Assembly: GCA_965649055.1 (NCBI GenBank)
Contig: CBFGJG010000025.1
Location: forward strand, 1 to 28,635
Direction: 5' to 3'
DNA: 28,635 bases
Source of the DNA: a candidate division WOR-3 bacterium
Lineage (GTDB): Bacteria; Hydrothermota; UBA3072; B12-G15
Shown: in pieces, positions 1 to 4,896 of the stretch
How positions within the stretch are numbered: position 1 is the stretch's first letter
How the letters are laid out: each line of letters begins with the position of its first letter
The notes under the pieces: model-generated
The model's database searches: none
Told to the model about the DNA's origin: nothing
What the model saw: only the letters and a program-made list of their open reading frames with translations
Translations under genes and position numbers: made by a program

Positions 1-105
1 TCCCGATCTTACGGGAGTTCGATTGCTACGCAATAAGCCGAGATGTGAGTATACGAACAATTCCCCTTCGTTGCAATCCCGATCTTACGGGAGTTCGATT
101 GCTAC
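1..105 (-). CRISPR. Leader-proximal end of a CRISPR array: partial repeat 1-29, 40-bp spacer 30-69, full 36-bp repeat 70-105; the array runs off the left edge
   Basis: 1-29 is identical to 77-105. The minus-strand repeat GTAGCAATCGAACTCCCGTAAGATCGGGATTGCAAC has a TCCCG/CGGGA hairpin and ends in ATTGCAAC (an ATTGAAAC-like Cas6 handle). It is adjacent to an AT-rich leader and to cas1/cas2. Confidence 0.93.
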
Positions 106-170
106 AGCACCCCTTGAAAGTTATTTAACACCAATAACTTATAAGGGCATTTCCGACACAGACCTAAAAA

Positions 171-190
171 TTATCCACATTTTATCCACA
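171..190 (+). promoter_or_regulatory. Two perfect tandem DnaA boxes (TTATCCACA at 171-179 and 182-190)
   Basis: Exact matches to the DnaA R-box consensus, 2 nt apart. Confidence 0.6.
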
Positions 191-290
191 TTTTTCATAA
201 CTCATTCATTTTGAACCACAACGACGACAAGTTTGAAATTTTTTCAATTTTCGCTATAAATTATTAATTTTAAGAAGGTTATAAGTCGAA

Positions 291-310
291 TGTGGGAAAA
301 ATGTGGAAAA
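291..310 (-). promoter_or_regulatory. Two imperfect DnaA-like boxes in the opposite orientation (TGTGGGAAA 291-299, TGTGGAAAA 302-310)
   Basis: 2 and 1 mismatches to TGTGGATAA, with the same 2-nt spacing as the pair at 171-190. Confidence 0.45.
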
Positions 311-328
311 CTTTGGTCGTCGTTCGGA

Positions 329-365
329 AAAATTATTACAAACTTGTACAATTTGTAATAATTTT
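329..365. repeat. 37-bp near-perfect palindrome in the CRISPR leader
   Basis: AAAATTATTACAAA-C-TTGTACAA-TTTGTAATAATTTT; removing C343 leaves a perfect 36-bp palindrome. Confidence 0.85.
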
Positions 366-447
366 AAAATTTACTTTCGATTCTACTATAATTGCTTCAA
401 TCAAATTTAAACTTTTTTCTTTTCAAAGAGCAATTTTAATTTTTATT

Positions 448-476
448 ATTATAAATGATTTTTAAAATTTTGTCAA
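448..476 (-). promoter_or_regulatory. Sigma70 promoter for the pre-crRNA
   Basis: Minus strand TTGACA (476-471), 17 nt, TATAAT (453-448): perfect consensus, pointing into the array. Confidence 0.8.
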
Positions 477-479
477 GTG

Positions 480-1295
480 TTATTTTAACATTTCTTCAAT
501 AATTTCACCCTTATGGGAAATTTTCATCCTGTAAATTACATTCTCATCTTTTTCAAGTTCAATAAGCCCGTAAAGATTCAATCTTTCGATTTCGTCTCTG
601 TTTTTATTCACAATTTCTCTACATTCTTCACCTGAAATTATTGTTTTTTGCTTCATCATCTTTAAAATATCCGCTTCCATCCCTTTAGGTATATAAAACA
701 TCTTTGGGAAGAAAATCACTTCGTTAAATTCTTCATTCATATAATAAACTTCTGAATCAACTATAAAACCAGCAAGGGCAGTTGCTATAACATGTGCTTT
801 CAGACCGCCAGTTGGGTTATAGAAAACCCTGTAACCCTGTTCTGTTTTCTTCTTACCAAGATAAATCAATCTGTCAAGTAGCAAAGAAATGTCTTTTTCA
901 AATTCTGTCTTTGCGTATTTTTCATTGAACATCTTTTCAAAAAAATATCCGGAAAATTCTCTACCATCATAAAGTCTATACCCGAGTTCTTTTAAATACT
1001 GTCCAATAACCAATCTACATAATTCATTTGAATGAGTGTTTGTCCCAAAAAGATACACTTCTATATTTTCAGGTTCTTTACCTTTTACTACCCTTAAAAA
1101 TGTATTCAACTCCGCAGAATTCTCGTATGGCGCTACTTTAAGAAAATCGAAAAGCCTATTTATTCCTTCTATATTATTTAATAATTCCTGCCAGTAATTT
1201 TCATCTGATATTTTTCTGTCTTTCGGTAATTCACCCTTTCTCTGTGCATTTGTTATCAGACTTACTCCACTGCTTATGATATGAAACTCTTTCAT
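480..1295 (-). CDS. CRISPR-associated CARF-domain protein, APE2256/SSO1393 (Crn1-like ring nuclease) family, with probable C-terminal winged helix
   Basis: N-terminal IISSGVSL strand-loop, SAELNT and YNPTGGLK motifs; C-terminus resembles a wHTH (RLNLYGLIE...KISHKGE); AGGAGG RBS; directly downstream of cas2. Confidence 0.8.
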   Translation of the reverse strand: MKEFHIISSGVSLITNAQRKGELPKDRKISDENYWQELLNNIEGINRLFDFLKVAPYENSAELNTFLRVVKGKEPENIEVYLFGTNTHSNELCRLVIGQYLKELGYRLYDGREFSGYFFEKMFNEKYAKTEFEKDISLLLDRLIYLGKKKTEQGYRVFYNPTGGLKAHVIATALAGFIVDSEVYYMNEEFNEVIFFPKMFYIPKGMEADILKMMKQKTIISGEECREIVNKNRDEIERLNLYGLIELEKDENVIYRMKISHKGEIIEEMLK

Positions 1296-1310
1296 ATATC
1301 CTCCTCCTAT

Positions 1311-1583
1311 TTAAATTACATAAGTTTCATCATATTCAACCGGTTTACCTTCTCCTATTATCTCTACTTTACTATCTTTGTCAAGAAAATAAATCCTGAT
1401 ACTATCGGTTTTTATATCTATTTTCCTTTTCAGTTTCTCTATCATTATTTTAATCTGTTCATCGGTTAAAACACATTCAAATACACTGTATTGAACTCTT
1501 TCACCCCAGCTTTTCATATCTTTAAATATTCTGTTCCTTCTTTTATCATCAGTTATATCGTATGCAACAACTATTTTTTTCAT
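1311..1583 (-). CDS. cas2: CRISPR-associated endonuclease Cas2
   Basis: VVAYDITDDKRR, RVQYSVFEC and DSIRIY motifs; 90 aa; 4-bp overlap with cas1. Confidence 0.97.
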   Translation of the reverse strand: MKKIVVAYDITDDKRRNRIFKDMKSWGERVQYSVFECVLTDEQIKIMIEKLKRKIDIKTDSIRIYFLDKDSKVEIIGEGKPVEYDETYVI

Positions 1584-2536
1584 TCAACTTTATAAGCAGT
1601 GAATTGGCTTCTGTTTAAAATAGCATTTGCAAGTTCATTTGAATAATCAGAAATTATCTTTCTGTAATGGGAAATTCTGTTATCGTAGTATGTAAAAAAC
1701 TTCCTTTTCCCATTTCTATTCAATATAATTCTTTCTTCGTTTTCATCTTTTTCAAAATCTTCTTCAATATTTATAATATTTCTCGAAATCATCTCTACAA
1801 CCCCTGTATCAACAACAGGTGCTCTAAGGAATTCCATAAAATCAAGTGCAAGTGCTGGTCTTGAAGGCCTAATAATGTGATAATATCCAATATAAGGGTC
1901 AAGTCCTGCAATTCTTAAATGTGTTATGCATTCAGATAGTAAAACTGCATATCCATAACTCAGTAAGGCATTAACAGGATCAACAGGTGGATGCTTCTTT
2001 CTTATAAAATTTTCCCTGTTTATAACTTTACCAAAAACTTCAAAATATATTGCACTCCCAACGCCTTCTAATCCCATTAATCCGTTCTTCCCATTTTTAT
2101 ATTTTACAGAATCTAAAAGGCTGTCAAATCTTTCTATCCCGGTGGAACATTCCATATCCCTTCTTGAAATCCACCTTTTCAAAATACTTCTCTGATTCCA
2201 TAACTTTGCATATACAATGCTTTTACAAATATTCAGGACAAACTCCGGTTCGTCAAGTGTTGAATATTGTTCTATTCTTCTTTTTATGTTTTTTGAGAGT
2301 AATGGCTCAACAATCCCTTTTAACCTTCCTTCTATTGAAAGAAATGCTATTGGAATACCTAATTCTAAAAACAATGATAAAGCCTGGGTTGTTATCTGAA
2401 CATTACCAATTATGATAACCCTTTCTATTTTGTTATATGGTATTTCAAATATCTCTAAACCATCCTTTTCAACTACAACCCTTCCTTCTATTTTTCTTAC
2501 CTTTGAACCCTGCTCGGTTAAATATAATGAACTCAT
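1580..2536 (-). CDS. cas1: CRISPR-associated endonuclease Cas1
   Basis: LYLTEQGS start, GLEGVGSAIYF, PPVDPVNALLSYGY, GLDPYIGYYH and LALDFME; catalytic E/H/acidic residues present. Confidence 0.97.
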   Translation of the reverse strand: MSSLYLTEQGSKVRKIEGRVVVEKDGLEIFEIPYNKIERVIIIGNVQITTQALSLFLELGIPIAFLSIEGRLKGIVEPLLSKNIKRRIEQYSTLDEPEFVLNICKSIVYAKLWNQRSILKRWISRRDMECSTGIERFDSLLDSVKYKNGKNGLMGLEGVGSAIYFEVFGKVINRENFIRKKHPPVDPVNALLSYGYAVLLSECITHLRIAGLDPYIGYYHIIRPSRPALALDFMEFLRAPVVDTGVVEMISRNIINIEEDFEKDENEERIILNRNGKRKFFTYYDNRISHYRKIISDYSNELANAILNRSQFTAYKVE

Positions 2537-3025
2537 TTAAGTAAGACTGTTTATTAGATATTGAAGTGATAAAACTCCAAAAACCAATGTTCCCAATCCT
2601 GCAAATGGATGTTTAATCCCCATTTTGTCATAAAAATGTTCTTTTAGAATATGATAAACCCTGAAATGGTAACCCAATATACCAAATATAAGAATTATAT
2701 TTATAAAGGAAAGATAAGGAATGAATCCTAATATTTCGAAAAATAAAAGTAAAATTAATCCACGCTTATTCACTTTATACTTTGATTTTAAAAGATTCAG
2801 ACCAGGCCTTTGCATAAAAAACCAGACATACCAGAAGAAACCGAATGTTATTATAATCAGAATGAAAAGAACAAATACATTCATTTTCACAAGGCCAAAT
2901 GATAATGTCGACATATTATCCCGCTTCTCCATAAATATAAATTCATTACTTTTTAATGGATATCCGCAAGTTGAACAGAATTTAAAAAAATCAAGGTTTT
3001 CTCTTCCACATTTTGGGCATAACAT
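2537..3025 (-). CDS. Zinc-ribbon membrane protein (DUF4234-like)
   Basis: CPKCG-x9-CSTCG double zinc ribbon; LIIITFGFFWYVWF and terminal LQYLIN resemble DUF4234; several hydrophobic helices. Start placed at ATG 3025 (AGGTGG RBS) rather than GTG 3034. Confidence 0.7.
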   Translation of the reverse strand: MLCPKCGRENLDFFKFCSTCGYPLKSNEFIFMEKRDNMSTLSFGLVKMNVFVLFILIIITFGFFWYVWFFMQRPGLNLLKSKYKVNKRGLILLLFFEILGFIPYLSFINIILIFGILGYHFRVYHILKEHFYDKMGIKHPFAGLGTLVFGVLSLQYLINSLT

Positions 3026-3027
3026 TT

Positions 3028-3564
3028 TTACCACCTTTTTATTACAACTGTGTTTGCTATATAGTCATGGGAAGTTTGATTTTTCTGTGTAAATCCTGCC
3101 ATTAAATATCCAAAGATTGTTATAAAACTGATAAATCTACTTAAATATCTTATAGTTGCTTTTTTGCGTGTAATCCTTTTTCCATCAACTTCTTGAACCC
3201 TTAATCTGAAAATTCTTTTACCTAATGTTGATTGCTTCTCGGAACTTTCAAGCAGAACAAAATATAAAAATCTGAAAATAAAGGTTAAATAAATTGTTTG
3301 ATGGAATAAATAAGAAAACTCAGTTTCATAGTCAGTGAAGGGGCAAGTCGGGTCTAACTCAATTATAGCAAATCTTATAAAAAAATAGATTGTTGCAAAT
3401 ATTAAAACTATTATGTTATCAATCAAATATGCTAAAAATCTTATCCAGAAACCAGCGTATTTGATTGTAAAAACCTGCTTTGAACCACATAAATAGCAAA
3501 ATTTGGAAATTTCAGGGATTTTCGCACCACAGTTATTGCAGAATTTAAAGCCATCTTCAACCAT
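3028..3564 (-). CDS. Zinc-ribbon plus RDD-family membrane protein
   Basis: CNNCG-x9-CYLCG; YAGFWIRFLAYLID, QSTLGKRIFRLRV and QTSHDYIANTVV are RDD signatures; AGGAGG RBS. Confidence 0.9.
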   Translation of the reverse strand: MVEDGFKFCNNCGAKIPEISKFCYLCGSKQVFTIKYAGFWIRFLAYLIDNIIVLIFATIYFFIRFAIIELDPTCPFTDYETEFSYLFHQTIYLTFIFRFLYFVLLESSEKQSTLGKRIFRLRVQEVDGKRITRKKATIRYLSRFISFITIFGYLMAGFTQKNQTSHDYIANTVVIKRW

Positions 3565-3581
3565 AAATCCTCCTTTTATTC

Positions 3582-3610
3582 AATATAAATAAACTATTAT
3601 GTATCAGCAA
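3582..3610 (-). promoter_or_regulatory. Possible promoter for the RDD-DUF4234-cas1-cas2-CARF operon
   Basis: Minus strand TTGCTG, 17 nt, TATATT just upstream of the RDD gene RBS; weak match in AT-rich DNA. Confidence 0.3.
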
Positions 3611-3664
3611 GGGCAGAACTACCTAATGGTGTCAGGTCTTGACATTTGACATTTTTTATGTTTT

Positions 3665-3707
3665 ACAGGATGGCTGAGAATATAACTAATATTCCCAGCC
3701 ACCCTGT
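3665..3707 (-). other. 19-bp RNA stem-loop just downstream of the ORFan stop codon
   Basis: Minus strand ACAGGGTGGCTGGGAATAT-TAGTT-ATATTCTCAGCCATCCTGT pairs fully with two G-U wobbles; no U-tract follows. Confidence 0.7.
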
Positions 3708-3715
3708 CTATTCTC

Positions 3716-4165
3716 TTATCGAATACCTAATATCTTCCATATATTTATCTTCTTTCTATATCTTTTGTCCGATGGTATTGGCCTTGATATCCTGATCTTT
3801 ACCACCGATGTCATATTACCATTACTAAATAAATGGTCTATCTCTTTTATTATATCCTGAACATCACAACAAAAATGAAACATTTCCTGCCTAACATACA
3901 ACCCCTTTATCTTCTCTACCTTCACCTTCGCCCTATCACCATAATAGCTCTCAAACAAACGCTCAAAATTAAAATATGAATTATCTATCTTTAATTCCCT
4001 GTATATCTCTTCTAAACCAAACAATGTATAATATGCCTGCTCATACAAATCCATCATATCTATCAAATTTATGCTAACTTCCGGATGTAACCACTCACTT
4101 ATCTTATTCACCTTCCAAAAAGGATATGTATCATTAACATCATCATTATTTCTCTTAAAAAACAT
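3716..4165 (-). CDS. Hypothetical protein (149 aa), distant paralog of the upstream ORF
   Basis: Strong RBS AAAGGAGGTGAT before ATG 4165, so the start is revised from 4213; no family recognised. Confidence 0.7.
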   Translation of the reverse strand: MFFKRNNDDVNDTYPFWKVNKISEWLHPEVSINLIDMMDLYEQAYYTLFGLEEIYRELKIDNSYFNFERLFESYYGDRAKVKVEKIKGLYVRQEMFHFCCDVQDIIKEIDHLFSNGNMTSVVKIRISRPIPSDKRYRKKINIWKILGIR

Positions 4166-4205
4166 ATCACCTCCTTTCGGGGTTTTACCCCATTTTTTTA
4201 TTTTT

Positions 4206-4514
4206 TTATGCATCTGATTTTATAAGCTCTGGTATATCTATCTCTATCACCATAGGCTGATTACCTTCCCTAAGTGCTTCTTCTACCTTCTCGGTTATTC
4301 GTGAAATGAATTTACGAAATGTGTAAATATTACGCATATTCGCTATTCTGTTGAATCTATTTTTACCTCTTATTTCAGGATGTTTAGCCGTTATCTTATA
4401 TGCCTCTTCAAAAACCTTATCTAACTCTGAATGCATCTCCTTCATTTCCAGAAGAAAATCAAAGGCTTCATTGATGGGTATCTTTAATTTCTGTGATTTC
4501 TTAAAATTATAAAT
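4206..4514 (-). CDS. Hypothetical protein (79 aa from ATG 4445; about 102 aa if it starts at ATT 4514)
   Basis: The frame is open upstream to an AAAGGAGGT RBS at 4530-4522, and the extension aligns with the neighbouring paralog. Confidence 0.55.
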   Translation of the reverse strand: MYNFKKSQKLKIPINEAFDFLLEMKEMHSELDKVFEEAYKITAKHPEIRGKNRFNRIANMRNIYTFRKFISRITEKVEEALREGNQPMVIEIDIPELIKSDA

Positions 4515-4528
4515 AATAAATACCTCCT

Positions 4529-4564
4529 TTCAGGGCTTTTAAACCCTTCAGGGTTTTAAACCCT
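4529..4564. repeat. Tandem pair of short palindromic units
   Basis: TTCAGGGCTTTTAAACCC followed by TTCAGGGTTTTAAACCCT; each unit is an AGGG...CCCT inverted repeat. Confidence 0.7.
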
Positions 4565-4861
4565 AATTAAAATATTTTAAAAAATATTTTAAGGATATAT
4601 TTATCACATCTTGAGTCTTTTGATTAGCAGAAATGGTAATATAATATATAAATATTCTTAAATTCCGCAAGGGTATTTTTACCTATAAAATCGAAAATAG
4701 TAATTATGATAATAAGGACTTTCCAAAGAATTCACCATAATTATTAAAGAAGATAAAAATTTTTCTAATGATTTGCTTCAGGGTTATACCAGACATTCAC
4801 ATTCTTTTTAAATCAAAAATTTTTTTATGAATAACTTTTCCAATTCATATATATTATATTC

Positions 4862-4889
4862 TTGACAATTTTTTATTTTTTTTTACATT
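4862..4889 (+). promoter_or_regulatory. Sigma70 promoter of alaS, probably giving a leaderless mRNA
   Basis: TTGACA 4862-4867, 16 nt, TACATT 4884-4889, 7 nt, ATG 4897; no Shine-Dalgarno. Confidence 0.65.
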
Positions 4890-4896
4890 TCTTTTT

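Larger units (their letters stand above)
106..479 (-). promoter_or_regulatory. CRISPR leader
   Basis: Non-coding AT-rich region between the repeat and the CARF gene stop. It contains a promoter, inverted repeats, an IHF-like site and DnaA boxes. Confidence 0.85.

Noticed and set aside
23..214. 63-aa ORF on the plus strand
   Set aside because: It spans the CRISPR spacer, repeat and leader, and has a TTG start with no RBS; spurious
371..390. Possible DnaA-trio element (minus strand TAGTAGAA...) that would make the leader a true origin
   Set aside because: Only two good trios, and not adjacent to a DnaA box; too weak
4567..4592. AT-only inverted repeat TTAAAATATTTT-AA-AAAATATTTTAA
   Set aside because: Pure A/T low-complexity sequence in a very AT-rich intergenic region; it could be an operator but chance cannot be excluded
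4600..4896. Possible T-box riboswitch or ncRNA upstream of alaS
   Set aside because: No T-box or terminator hairpin seen, and the promoter sits immediately before the ATG, leaving no leader
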